45,293 nt of DNA from a virus, in the IMG/VR virus record IMGVR_UViG_3300045988_084795. The stretch is one strand, 5' to 3'. Both the position numbers and the translations under genes were made by a program. Positions 1 to 7,395 of this stretch are shown one piece after another. Under the pieces are notes generated by a model that had not been told where the DNA came from, searched no databases, and worked only from the letters and a program-made list of their open reading frames with translations. Within the stretch, counting starts at the first letter, position 1, and each line of letters starts with the position of its first letter.

Positions 1-76
1 ATCTGTGCGGAGTCCCCAGAGCTACCAATCTTTGCGGAGTCCCCAGAGCTACCAATCTTTGCGGAGTCCCCAGAGT
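1..76. repeat. 27-nt tandem repeat (about 2.8 units), part of the array that spans the contig junction
   Basis: CTTTGCGGAGTCCCCAGAGCTACCAAT-type units are visible directly. They encode SGDSA(K/Q)IGS on the minus strand. Confidence 0.9.
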
Positions 77-416
77 CTGGTTTTTCTGACTGTGTTTTCT
101 CAATTACAAAATCAACGCAAGTTTTAACAAATCCTGCGAAAGAAAACTTTGCTCCAATCTTAAGCTTTGTTGTGCAATATTTGATATTATCGTCTGTTTT
201 TACCTCTGCATCGTCTGGTGCTTCTACTCTTGCAAAATCCGAAAATTCTCCATTCTCGTCTACCAGATCATAAAAATTAAGCACATCGAACGGGTTCTTA
301 CAGAAGTGCATACCTCTGTGACATGGAACTGCTCTTTCTTCCTCAAAAGTTTCATTCTCTTTGTACTGCTTTCCTTTACAAATTAATCCTTTATTAAATG
401 CTTTATAACCTTTCAT
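1..416 (-). CDS. 5' part of a wrap-around gene: N-terminal globular domain (MKGYKAFNKGLICKGKQY...GMHFCKNPFDVLNFY) followed by (A)(K/Q)IGSSGDS 9-aa repeats. Continues at 45293..44885.
   Basis: ATG at 416..414 follows GGAGATCAAAGAA. The frame is open to nt 1 and matches the frame of the 3' part once the 36-nt end overlap is merged (789 nt, 262 aa in total). The domain architecture resembles widespread phage hypothetical proteins; I cannot name the family with certainty. Confidence 0.75.
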   Translation of the reverse strand, partial: MKGYKAFNKGLICKGKQYKENETFEEERAVPCHRGMHFCKNPFDVLNFYDLVDENGEFSDFARVEAPDDAEVKTDDNIKYCTTKLKIGAKFSFAGFVKTCVDFVIEKTQSEKPDSGDSAKIGSSGDSAKIGSSGDSAQ

Positions 417-434
417 TTCTTTGATCTCCTTTTC

Positions 435-821
435 TTATTTCCAATAAACTGCACTGGATGTAACATGAATACCTCTAGGTTTCCTTTTGTTACTTTGCCG
501 TTCTGCTTCAATTTCTTTTCTTACTTCATCCCCAAATTTTTCTGTCCAAAATGTAATCAAATACTCTGGAATCTTAAACATTTGTGAGCAAGATTTTGAC
601 GTGTTTTTTTTTGTCAGTCTTGTCTTTACTACCATTTTTATGTATTCACGAGAATATGGGGCGTTTTCTTCTTTGTTTTCATCTAAATTCTGTTTTTTCC
701 ATTTAAAGAGGGTGGATGAATCAATACCGTATTCTTTCGCAACGCTCTTTACCTCATGTCTTGCGTTACTTTCCGCAACAACTTTTCTTTTAAATTCTTT
801 TGTGAATTTCTTATACCCCAT
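435..821 (-). CDS. DNA-binding protein with an N-terminal HTH (transposase OrfA / small-terminase-like HTH)
   Basis: The motif KEFKRKVVAES...VKSVAKEYGIDSSTLFKWKK is a typical HTH_Tnp_1-like pattern. Co-oriented with neighbours, and the start overlaps the upstream stop. Confidence 0.45.
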   Translation of the reverse strand: MGYKKFTKEFKRKVVAESNARHEVKSVAKEYGIDSSTLFKWKKQNLDENKEENAPYSREYIKMVVKTRLTKKNTSKSCSQMFKIPEYLITFWTEKFGDEVRKEIEAERQSNKRKPRGIHVTSSAVYWK

Positions 822-1146
822 CTTCTTCCACCACCTTTCTGTATATTGCTACATTCCTGCCTGTCAAACTGTCATGACGTTTACCGCATACCTCAATACG
901 TCCGTCCTGCACTAACTCCGTTAGCCGTGGTTGTACCTGCTGTCTTGTCGGTTCTAATACTTTTTTGTGCTTATATAACACCGTTGTGATCTCTCGTGCT
1001 GTCATTGCTCCGTATTCTAGTTGTTCTAAAATCAAGATATGCATTGCTTCTTTATTAACCTTTTGATGTGATTCTCTTCTGGTCTGCTTAGTAATGGAAG
1101 AACTTCTTAAAGCTATCTCGTTACTAAAAAAACTCATTTGATACAT
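811..1146 (-). CDS. Winged-helix (MarR-like) DNA-binding protein
   Basis: HILILEQLEYGAMTAREITTVL...QVQPRLTELVQDGRIEVCGKR resembles a wHTH. RBS GGAGTGATG lies upstream. Confidence 0.45.
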   Translation of the reverse strand: MYQMSFFSNEIALRSSSITKQTRRESHQKVNKEAMHILILEQLEYGAMTAREITTVLYKHKKVLEPTRQQVQPRLTELVQDGRIEVCGKRHDSLTGRNVAIYRKVVEEDGV

Positions 1147-1160
1147 TTTTTCATCACTCC

Positions 1161-1955
1161 TTACTCTAGTTGTTTCTGCATTAACTGCATCTCTAAATTA
1201 TCAAAGTCATAGTCTCTCTCGCACTCTAAGACACTTGCAGGATTCCGCTGTGGCTTCGGTTCTGGTGGTTTTTCGTAGTTCTCGTCCAGATAATCCACGT
1301 AACCAGAATTGAAGAATGTACTTCCGTTCTGTGGTTTTCTCCAACTACTGTCCTTAGATAAATCATCTAGATACCTTTTCAAAGCTCTTTCTATTTTTTC
1401 TTCTCCTATCTCATACAGAGTCTTTTTCTTTGTGTCGGATACCTGTCCTTTACCACGTTTATTCGGATACTGTTTCCAGAGTCTTTCAAAACATTCATTG
1501 ATTGCTTTTTTGTTCGACTTTTCGCAATTTTCTTTTGATTTCTCGCAATTTTTCTTTGCGTTTTCGTCTGTTTGTTCCATTTTTCGTTCCACTGTTTGTT
1601 CCATTTTTGTTCCATTTTCAACCACCGTGTTTTCCTCGGTAGTTGTTTCTGCAACTTGTCCACAATCTATGTACTTCTGATACTCATTTACTGTGTATAT
1701 CGTGTATTTATTTGTTCTTTTTGTGGATATGTACCCAGTATCCTTTAGTTTCTTTAGTGCTGTTCGGACCTGCGATTCTGTCAATCCTGTCTCTGCACTG
1801 ATTCTTGTTATAGAAGAAACAAATTGTCCTGCCTTGATTTCTTTTCCGCAGTACCGTTTATCCTCTAAATTTGTATGTAGTAGGCAATGATAAAACAATC
1901 TAAATACATTTTTATTTTCATACCATTCCCAATCTATATTTATATTTATGTTCAT
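1161..1955 (-). CDS. Replication initiator / replisome organiser (winged-helix N-terminus) with internal iterons
   Basis: The N-terminus (FRLFYHCLLHTN...GQFVSSITRISAETGLTESQVRTALKKLKDTGYI) resembles phage replisome-organiser/DnaD-like domains. It sits in the recombination/replication block and carries an embedded repeat array, as with lambda O/ori. Confidence 0.6.
   Translation of the reverse strand: MNININIDWEWYENKNVFRLFYHCLLHTNLEDKRYCGKEIKAGQFVSSITRISAETGLTESQVRTALKKLKDTGYISTKRTNKYTIYTVNEYQKYIDCGQVAETTTEENTVVENGTKMEQTVERKMEQTDENAKKNCEKSKENCEKSNKKAINECFERLWKQYPNKRGKGQVSDTKKKTLYEIGEEKIERALKRYLDDLSKDSSWRKPQNGSTFFNSGYVDYLDENYEKPPEPKPQRNPASVLECERDYDFDNLEMQLMQKQLE
1573..1616 (-). repeat. Four phased GGAAC(A/G) iterons (spacing 11-12 bp) inside the replication gene; candidate origin
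   Basis: The minus strand reads aatGGAACAaaaatGGAACAaacagtGGAACGaaaaatGGAACAaac, which translates as GTKMEQTVERKMEQ. Confidence 0.6.
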
Positions 1956-1992
1956 TCACTGCCCTCCTACTTAATTTTATGGATACTTAGCT

Positions 1993-2361
1993 TCATGGAT
2001 AGTCACTTCTATCCGTGGTCTTTTTTTTGTCAATCTCAAAGTTATCTGTAAATCCTTTTACATATTTCCATCCATCATCTGGGAACACTCCTGCTTCTAC
2101 AAGGCTGTCTAAGATATATTTCTTAGCCGATGCAATATTATCGGGATCACGTCTGCGGTTCTGTTCGTACCATGTAATTTCTACACGAACAGGAAATCTT
2201 ATTTCTCTGTCTTTTTCCTTTAATTCATAAGGAATATTGCATCTACAGATTTTCTGATTACTTCTCTTGCATTTTGCTCCCTTATAAGGATTAGTCCTGC
2301 AAGCATTAACGTAAGCATTTAATCCGTCCAGTCTTCCTTGAATCGTATATGTTACAGCCAT
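1993..2361 (-). CDS. rusA: RusA-family Holliday junction resolvase
   Basis: RRDPDNIASAKKYILDSLVEAGVFPDDGWKYV matches the RusA D-x-D-N...K...D-x-L...DD signature. About 120 aa. Confidence 0.7.
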   Translation of the reverse strand: MAVTYTIQGRLDGLNAYVNACRTNPYKGAKCKRSNQKICRCNIPYELKEKDREIRFPVRVEITWYEQNRRRDPDNIASAKKYILDSLVEAGVFPDDGWKYVKGFTDNFEIDKKKTTDRSDYP

Positions 2362-2642
2362 GACTTGCCAAACTCCTTTATAAACTCTTCTCTCGTGCCT
2401 ATCTTTTCTTCAAATGCCTTTTGTGCCATCTTCTTATACATAAGGTCATATCTGGCATCTAAATGTGCGGATTGTTTACCGCCTGTATGGTGTTCGTGGC
2501 ACAACGGAATCACTAAGTTATACTTATCAGCTTTCTTCCTGTTTGCTGTCCCATGTAAACAGTGGTGTATCTCTACATAAGGACTTCCACATAATTTACA
2601 ATGTTCCATATCATCAACGATGATTGACTTTTTCTTTCTCAA
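2352..2642 (-). CDS. Small Cys/His-rich nuclease-like protein (HNH/NinG-like)
   Basis: CKLCGSPYVEIHHCLHG...VIPLCHEHHTG suggests zinc/His-Me finger-like spacing. It overlaps both neighbours, which suggests translational coupling. Confidence 0.4.
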   Translation of the reverse strand: MRKKKSIIVDDMEHCKLCGSPYVEIHHCLHGTANRKKADKYNLVIPLCHEHHTGGKQSAHLDARYDLMYKKMAQKAFEEKIGTREEFIKEFGKSWL

Positions 2643-3186
2643 TCTTAAGTCCCCACCTTTCTTCCATTTCTTTTATCTCCTGCGGTGTCGCTGTTTCTAT
2701 ACCTAATGCCTTTGCTTCCTGCACCGTTCCTTTTATCAATTCAGACATTTCTTTCGTATCGTATGTGTGGCTTCCTCTCATAACAATATTGATTCTAAAA
2801 ATCTTTCCTGCCGTATTGATTGTCGTCTGCGTTGTTGGTTGTAGGTGGCAAAACTCTACGTCGTAAGCTTCTATATCATCATCTAACGGAATAGTTATCA
2901 GCTTTCCGTTTATCTTTTCATACTGCCCATATTCCGCTATCATTTTGTTTTTTATAAACACCTTGCTACAATCCATTACTTCTGCGATTTTTCCAACTAA
3001 TACATGAAAGTATGCATTGGCATCTAAACTCCTGCCCTCACGGTACTGAACAACCTTAAGCCGACATTCTTTATCTTTCAGTCGGTCATATTCCCCTCGT
3101 ATGTCTTTTTCACACACAAGGGAAATAACCTGCTTACCGCTTTCAAAATCAATGGATATATCATGAATTTTGGCTTTAGTTTCCAT
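2614..3186 (-). CDS. NinB/Orf-like recombination mediator (tentative)
   Basis: GRSLDANAYFHVLVGKIAE and the C-terminal ...EMEERWG resemble lambda Orf (RSLDQNRKLWACLGDVS ... WKARWG). It lies next to ERF. Confidence 0.4.
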   Translation of the reverse strand: METKAKIHDISIDFESGKQVISLVCEKDIRGEYDRLKDKECRLKVVQYREGRSLDANAYFHVLVGKIAEVMDCSKVFIKNKMIAEYGQYEKINGKLITIPLDDDIEAYDVEFCHLQPTTQTTINTAGKIFRINIVMRGSHTYDTKEMSELIKGTVQEAKALGIETATPQEIKEMEERWGLKIEKEKVNHR

Positions 3187-3190
3187 CTAA

Positions 3191-3826
3191 TCAGCTCCAA
3201 ATCTTTCTTACGTTAGCCTTGTCTTTGTTGGCTACAATGTACTGATATTCTCCCTCGGTAATTTCTGAAATATCTTTATGATGATAAGATGCAAGAATCT
3301 TGTTAATATCAAATGCCATTTCATCACACAGACTCAAAAGTGTGTCCTGTTTGATTTTTGAAATCTTCATAGCTCTGATTGCATCCGCATTGTTATCGTC
3401 TGCTTGCTTGTCCGCTCTTGCTTTGCGTTCTTTTTGATTTTCGTCCGTATCAGCATCTTTTGTATCATCCAGTAAGAAGATTCCATTTAAGGCATACTTA
3501 CGTGCATACGATGATGCCGTTCCTGTTATCTGAGAATCATCCATTCCTTTTTTATTAAGTGCTTCTCTTGCAAGTGCTGTTGCTTCTACGCTTGCTTCTG
3601 TTTCAATGTCCTGCACCTTTACCGTTGCTTTTACATAGACACGATCGCCAACGGCTATTACATCATCTGTTATGTACATTGCAAGCTTCTGTTCTTCCAG
3701 AAGTGGTTTCACAGCTTCTAAGATTCCCTCTGCGTTGCGGTACATATACCCACCGAATGAGTTTCTTAGATTTTTTGGTGCTTTCAATGTTGTCTGAATC
3801 TTCATCATCTTTTCATGTATTGTCAT
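3191..3826 (-). CDS. erf: ERF-family single-strand annealing protein
   Basis: KAPKNLRNSFGGYMYRNAEGILEAVKPLL and GTASSYARKYALNGIFLLDD are hallmark ERF motifs. Confidence 0.8.
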   Translation of the reverse strand: MTIHEKMMKIQTTLKAPKNLRNSFGGYMYRNAEGILEAVKPLLEEQKLAMYITDDVIAVGDRVYVKATVKVQDIETEASVEATALAREALNKKGMDDSQITGTASSYARKYALNGIFLLDDTKDADTDENQKERKARADKQADDNNADAIRAMKISKIKQDTLLSLCDEMAFDINKILASYHHKDISEITEGEYQYIVANKDKANVRKIWS

Positions 3827-3831
3827 GTTAT

Positions 3832-4104
3832 CTATCTCCCCTCTGGTTCATATTCTCCGTTATACGGAATTACATTTCCCTGTTCATTGACTTCTTTCAC
3901 ACTGCATACATCATCAAAACAAGCTTCTTTTAGTTCCTCTAATTCCTTTTTGAATTTTGGATTTCCTGTAAACACGTCCCACATATACTCTAGTAGCCAT
4001 GTTTTATCTTCTTCATTGTTTCTTGCCTGCTTCCAGATATATTCTGTTGAATCTTCTTCTGGGATTACTGTTCCGTATTCATTTGTGTATCCTGTTACGA
4101 TCAT
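3832..4104 (-). CDS. Hypothetical early protein
   Basis: Co-oriented ORF whose start and stop both overlap neighbours. Confidence 0.5.
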   Translation of the reverse strand: MIVTGYTNEYGTVIPEEDSTEYIWKQARNNEEDKTWLLEYMWDVFTGNPKFKKELEELKEACFDDVCSVKEVNEQGNVIPYNGEYEPEGR

Positions 4105-4511
4105 TCCTGCTCACTCCCTGCTTCTCTTAGAATCTCTTCTACATCAAATTCCTTTTCCTGTGGCTCTTCTTCCTGCATTTTTTCTTCTAACATGTTAATC
4201 AGTAATCTAGTGGCTGCAATGCACGCCATATTTTCCATAAATACCAGTGGTTCTGGATTGTCAGAAAATCTATCATTTAAAACCGAACCCGAAACAGTAG
4301 CTAATTCATCTTTACTGTACGTCCAATTTTCTCCACAAAAGATATTTCTTATTACCTTTTCAAAGTAGTCTGTCAACATTATTGTTAACTCTTTGTCAGA
4401 TTTTGTATTTTCTTCCTCTGTCATATTCTCTGGTTGTGTGTTGCTGATTCCATTAACGATTATTTCTTTAACCGTATCCTTAAATTCTGTTTTTGTAATA
4501 ATCATTGTCAC
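4101..4511 (-). CDS. Hypothetical acidic early protein, paralogue of 44217..44615
   Basis: Shares ITKT(E/Q)FKD, (Y)FEK(V/I)(I/F)R and ENM(A/L)C(I/L) blocks with the 44217..44615 product. Confidence 0.55.
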   Translation of the reverse strand: MTMIITKTEFKDTVKEIIVNGISNTQPENMTEEENTKSDKELTIMLTDYFEKVIRNIFCGENWTYSKDELATVSGSVLNDRFSDNPEPLVFMENMACIAATRLLINMLEEKMQEEEPQEKEFDVEEILREAGSEQE

Positions 4512-4587
4512 ATTCTCCTTTTCCTGCTATACTGTTGTTATGCATTTTTTGTTAAGCACTTTAGACCTGCACGTCTTGGTGCTTTTT

Positions 4588-4722
4588 TTATTTCCACCCA
4601 TCACGCTCCATTTTAATTTCTGCCAGACCTGCGAGTGTGCAGAACGCCATGAATACAAACGGTGTGATTCCTAGACCTGTTAAAGCAAGTCCCAGAATCA
4701 TGATTGCTGTTCCTGTTCTCAT
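4588..4722 (-). CDS. Small two-TM membrane peptide (44 aa)
   Basis: The ATG overlaps the upstream stop (ATGA). The sequence is hydrophobic: TAIMILGLALTGLGITPFVFMAFCTLAGL. Confidence 0.4.
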   Translation of the reverse strand: MRTGTAIMILGLALTGLGITPFVFMAFCTLAGLAEIKMERDGWK

Positions 4723-4937
4723 ATCATATCTCCTCTCAATGCTCTGTTTTCTTCTCTTTGTTTCCTTGCTCTCCATTTTTCAAACAACTCAGTGTCAAAG
4801 AAGATTGGAGAATTTTTCTTAGCACCTTTTTGTGCAAAGTCTTGTCCACGTTCCCGATAAGCTTCATCCAGAAACGACCTCGGGAACCCCATTTTCACAA
4901 GCTCTCCCATCTTCATAACTGGTTTCGGGTATTCCAT
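4719..4937 (-). CDS. Small DNA-binding protein, excisionase/MerR-type HTH-like (tentative)
   Basis: VMKMGELVKMGFPRSFLDEAY resembles Xis/HTH_17 N-termini. 72 aa. Confidence 0.35.
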   Translation of the reverse strand: MEYPKPVMKMGELVKMGFPRSFLDEAYRERGQDFAQKGAKKNSPIFFDTELFEKWRARKQREENRALRGDMI

Positions 4938-5038
4938 GTTTACCTCACTTTCTCCGCTTCTTCCTTCGGTAGTATCCTCTTTTCTTCATTCCTGCCTGTC
5001 TGAACGCCACTTTCTTGTATTTGCCGTTCTTCTTAGCT

Positions 5039-5287
5039 TTAATTCTTTGTCCCATTCTCTAAGTCTCCATCAATGTCGGTGTGATAGTTGTTAACTCCGC
5101 TTCCGTCCTGCTGAACGTATTCATATGAGTTAAACACATATATCCACACTGTATTTGTCGTAACCAATGCAATGAATGTAATTAGCCAGATTGCAAACCA
5201 TCTTTTTGCTGTCCGTTTACTTTGCTCAATTACCTCTGTTGCAAAGTATTCTTCTAAGTCTTTCCACTGCTTTGTCTTATCTTCCAT
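5039..5287 (-). CDS. Single-pass membrane protein
   Basis: TM segment WFAIWLITFIALVTTNTVWIYVF. Co-oriented ORF. Confidence 0.5.
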   Translation of the reverse strand: MEDKTKQWKDLEEYFATEVIEQSKRTAKRWFAIWLITFIALVTTNTVWIYVFNSYEYVQQDGSGVNNYHTDIDGDLENGTKN

Positions 5288-5403
5288 TCCGCACCTCTTT
5301 CTTGCGGTGTTAAAAAAATTGTGTTATAATTTTCTTACCGCTAAGCTATGGTTAGTGGTTACATTCGCCCTGTGTGGTAGTTCCAGTACCGCATGGGGCA
5401 TTT

Positions 5404-5529
5404 TTATTTCTTTCGTGCTTCTCTTCTCTTTTTACTTCTGTAGTTGTCGATTAATACAGCTGTGATTTCAAGTGCAATTACTCCTACAGCTCCTACAAAT
5501 ATTCCTAATTGAAATGGTGGAATATACAT
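5404..5529 (-). CDS. Small TM peptide (41 aa)
   Basis: RBS AAAGGAG lies 6 nt upstream of the ATG. Product is MYIPPFQLGIFVGAVGVIALEITAVLIDNYRSKKRREARKK. Confidence 0.3.
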   Translation of the reverse strand: MYIPPFQLGIFVGAVGVIALEITAVLIDNYRSKKRREARKK

Positions 5530-5573
5530 TTCTGTACTCCTTTCTGTGTTATAATCTCCTTAGGAGGTATACT

Positions 5574-5828
5574 ATGTCTAAAAATCCTTTACCGCATCTT
5601 GATAAACCAGATGAAGAAACCATTGATAAAATGAAATCTTCTGACTATTCCAAAAATCAAAAGGTTCAAGATGAAATTTTAAAATTTTTAGAAAATGATA
5701 AACAGCTTATCAAAACAATTCGTAAAGAATGGTTATGGACTAAAGGTATGGTCCTTATCAATACTGCTTTAGCTTTTATTTCTGTTGTCATTGCTTTTAT
5801 TTCGCTATTAGTAGATATACATAAATAG
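5574..5828 (+). CDS. Tail-anchored membrane protein on the repressor strand; candidate lysogen-expressed (exclusion-type) gene
   Basis: RBS TAGGAGG. An extended -10 (TGTTATAAT, 5547..5555) lies upstream. C-terminal TM is GMVLINTALAFISVVIAFISLLV. Its strand is opposite to the surrounding early genes. Confidence 0.5.
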   Translation: MSKNPLPHLDKPDEETIDKMKSSDYSKNQKVQDEILKFLENDKQLIKTIRKEWLWTKGMVLINTALAFISVVIAFISLLVDIHK

Positions 5829-5961
5829 CAAGCATTACTATCATCAAAATCAATGTAGCAAGCTTTATGAAGAAGAGAGTTCTTAAAAACATTAAGTCTC
5901 TCTTTTTTTGTTTTCTCGTTCTGCCGTAATTTAGGTAGTAGAACAAATCATCAAAATTCAT
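5797..5961 (-). CDS. Small TM peptide (54 aa)
   Basis: RBS GAGGGTG. Product is MNFDDLFYYLNYGRTRKQKKRDLMFLRTLFFIKLATLILMIVMLAIYVYLLIAK. The 3' end overlaps the convergent gene 5574..5828. Confidence 0.3.
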   Translation of the reverse strand: MNFDDLFYYLNYGRTRKQKKRDLMFLRTLFFIKLATLILMIVMLAIYVYLLIAK

Positions 5962-6012
5962 ATACACCCTCTTTTCTGCTATCTTCTAAGCTTCATAGCT
6001 CTTATCGTCAGT

Positions 6013-6138
6013 CTATTTAAGTAGCAATCTCACAATCGTAAGTACCAATGCTGTACAAGAAAGCACAAAAGATATTCTTGTAATCAATAGGTACTCTGAC
6101 CATGCTCTCATTTTTTTATGAGAATATCTTTTCTTCAC
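6013..6138 (-). CDS. Small basic/hydrophobic peptide (41 aa; or 32 aa from the internal ATG at 6111)
   Basis: A GTG lies 3 nt after the cro stop, with GGAGAG upstream. Product is ...MRAWSEYLLITRISFVLSCTALVLTIVRLLLK. Confidence 0.3.
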   Translation of the reverse strand: MKKRYSHKKMRAWSEYLLITRISFVLSCTALVLTIVRLLLK

Positions 6139-6141
6139 TAC

Positions 6142-6330
6142 TCACTCTCCTATTAATTCATCAACGTTGACATCTAATGCCTTTGCTACATTGCACACCT
6201 TTTCAAACGATGGACTAATTTTGTCCCATTTTGAAATACTACCTGTTGCAATTTTTGTATCTTTTTCCAGTTGATTAAGTGAGATTCCTTTTTTCTTGGC
6301 AATTTCTTTAACTTTCGTGCCGACTAACAT
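6142..6330 (-). CDS. Cro-like XRE-family HTH regulator
   Basis: KVKEIAKKKGISLNQLEKDTKIATGSISKWD is a classic HTH_3 motif. The gene is divergent from the CI-like gene. Confidence 0.8.
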   Translation of the reverse strand: MLVGTKVKEIAKKKGISLNQLEKDTKIATGSISKWDKISPSFEKVCNVAKALDVNVDELIGE

Positions 6331-6383
6331 ATTTTTACACTCCTTTCTTTCTTTTATTGTTCTGAAAATATCACAAAATAATA

Positions 6384-6412
6384 TTGACTTAGTTCTGAAT
6401 ATATTCTATAAT
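6384..6412 (+). promoter_or_regulatory. Consensus sigma-70-type promoter reading rightward (toward the repressor/ImmA operon)
   Basis: TTGACT (6384..6389), a 17-nt spacer, then TATAAT (6407..6412). Confidence 0.6.
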
Positions 6413-6494
6413 CTAATTACCACAAAAAATTAAAAAACTATTCAAGCAAACTGCCTCGCTATTGTTTTGCGATTTTTTCAGAAGCTATATCTTA

Positions 6495-6522
6495 ATTATA
6501 TGCGATTTTTTCAGTTTGTCAA
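6495..6522 (-). promoter_or_regulatory. Consensus promoter reading leftward (toward cro and the early genes), face-to-face with the 6384..6412 promoter
   Basis: Minus strand has TTGACA (6522..6517), a 16-nt spacer, then TATAAT (6500..6495). The operator repeat 6501..6515 lies in the spacer. Confidence 0.6.
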
Positions 6523-6565
6523 TAGTTTTTTGCGATTTTTTCAGAACTTTGTGAAAGGAGCAAGC

Positions 6566-6943
6566 ATGGACATGAAAGAACGCATCCGACACCTATGTAA
6601 AATCAATCATGTATCTATGAACAGGGTTGAGGGAGACTTGGGTTTTGGAAAAGGCTATTTAAGCAAACTCGGTACTTCTAAACCAAATGCCGAAAAATTG
6701 AAAAAAATAGCTGACTATTTTAATGTGTCATTGGATTTTATAATGACTGGAAAGGAGGAAAATGAAGAAAAAAATCAAAGAATAGACATCAAAGATGAAC
6801 TAGAGAGAATGAGAGATTTACTAAAAAACAGAACTCAACATCCAATTTACTACGATGGGGAAAAGCTTGATGATGAATCTCTTGATGCAATATTAAACCA
6901 ATACGAAATGTCACTTATATTTCTTGAACAGAAAAATAAGTGA
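6566..6943 (+). CDS. CI-like XRE-family repressor
   Basis: RBS GAAAGGAG precedes the ATG at 6566. HTH_3 motif IRHLCKINHVSMNRVEGDLGFGKGYLSKLG. Followed by an ImmA/IrrE protease gene. Confidence 0.8.
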   Translation: MDMKERIRHLCKINHVSMNRVEGDLGFGKGYLSKLGTSKPNAEKLKKIADYFNVSLDFIMTGKEENEEKNQRIDIKDELERMRDLLKNRTQHPIYYDGEKLDDESLDAILNQYEMSLIFLEQKNK

Positions 6944-7395
6944 AGAAAGGATATGGATGTATGAATCATAATCAAATTAAATCTATTGTATACAATTTGA
7001 TTAAAAAATACGAAACCAGAAACCCCGTTAGGCTTGCAAAAGAATTAGACATAATCATCCAGATCGGGGACTTAAAAAAAATATCTGGTTGCTATTTAAA
7101 GATTCACGAAAGAGATTTTATTTACATAAACGAAAAATTATTAGACAACGAAAAAAAGTATCACGAAGTATTAGCTCATGAGTTAGGTCATGCAGTCCTG
7201 CACAAAGAAGATTTTTATTTCTTCTCATTCGGCAAGAACTGTTATGAGAACTCTATCGAACAAGAAGCACAGACATTTGCTTCTGAACTTTTGATACCAG
7301 ACGAAGTGATACTTGAACACAAAGATTATACAAAAGAGCAACTTGCAATGCTGACAGGATACACCCCTCAGCTAATTGCATTCAAACAGCTCTAA
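6940..7395 (+). CDS. ImmA/IrrE-family zinc metallopeptidase (the start may be the ATG at 6961)
   Basis: The HELGHAVLH motif with downstream E(Q)EA..FA.ELL(I/M)P is typical of ImmA/IrrE. Paired with the XRE repressor. Confidence 0.85.
   Translation: MKKGYGCMNHNQIKSIVYNLIKKYETRNPVRLAKELDIIIQIGDLKKISGCYLKIHERDFIYINEKLLDNEKKYHEVLAHELGHAVLHKEDFYFFSFGKNCYENSIEQEAQTFASELLIPDEVILEHKDYTKEQLAMLTGYTPQLIAFKQL

Larger units (their letters stand above)
6360..6545. promoter_or_regulatory. Immunity switch operators: three direct repeats TGCGATTTTTTCAG(A/T) plus two inverted, related sites
   Basis: Direct repeats at 6468..6482, 6501..6515 and 6531..6545. Inverted sites TTCTGAA(A/T)AT at 6360..6372 and 6393..6406. 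All are read directly from the sequence. Confidence 0.65.

Noticed and set aside
1-76. Considered whether the terminal repeats are transposon inverted repeats, a CRISPR array, or true phage direct terminal repeats.
   Set aside because: The units are contiguous 27-mers with no spacers. They are direct rather than inverted, and they are coding. The 36-nt end identity keeps an ORF in frame, which is best explained by a circular assembly broken inside a tandem repeat.
604-612. An A9/T9 homopolymer inside the CDS 435..821, considered as a phase-variation or slippage site.
   Set aside because: It encodes Lys-Lys-Asn in an AT-rich genome. No alternative frame continues usefully after it. The similar tract at 37321..37329 is noted under the zinc-ribbon finding instead.
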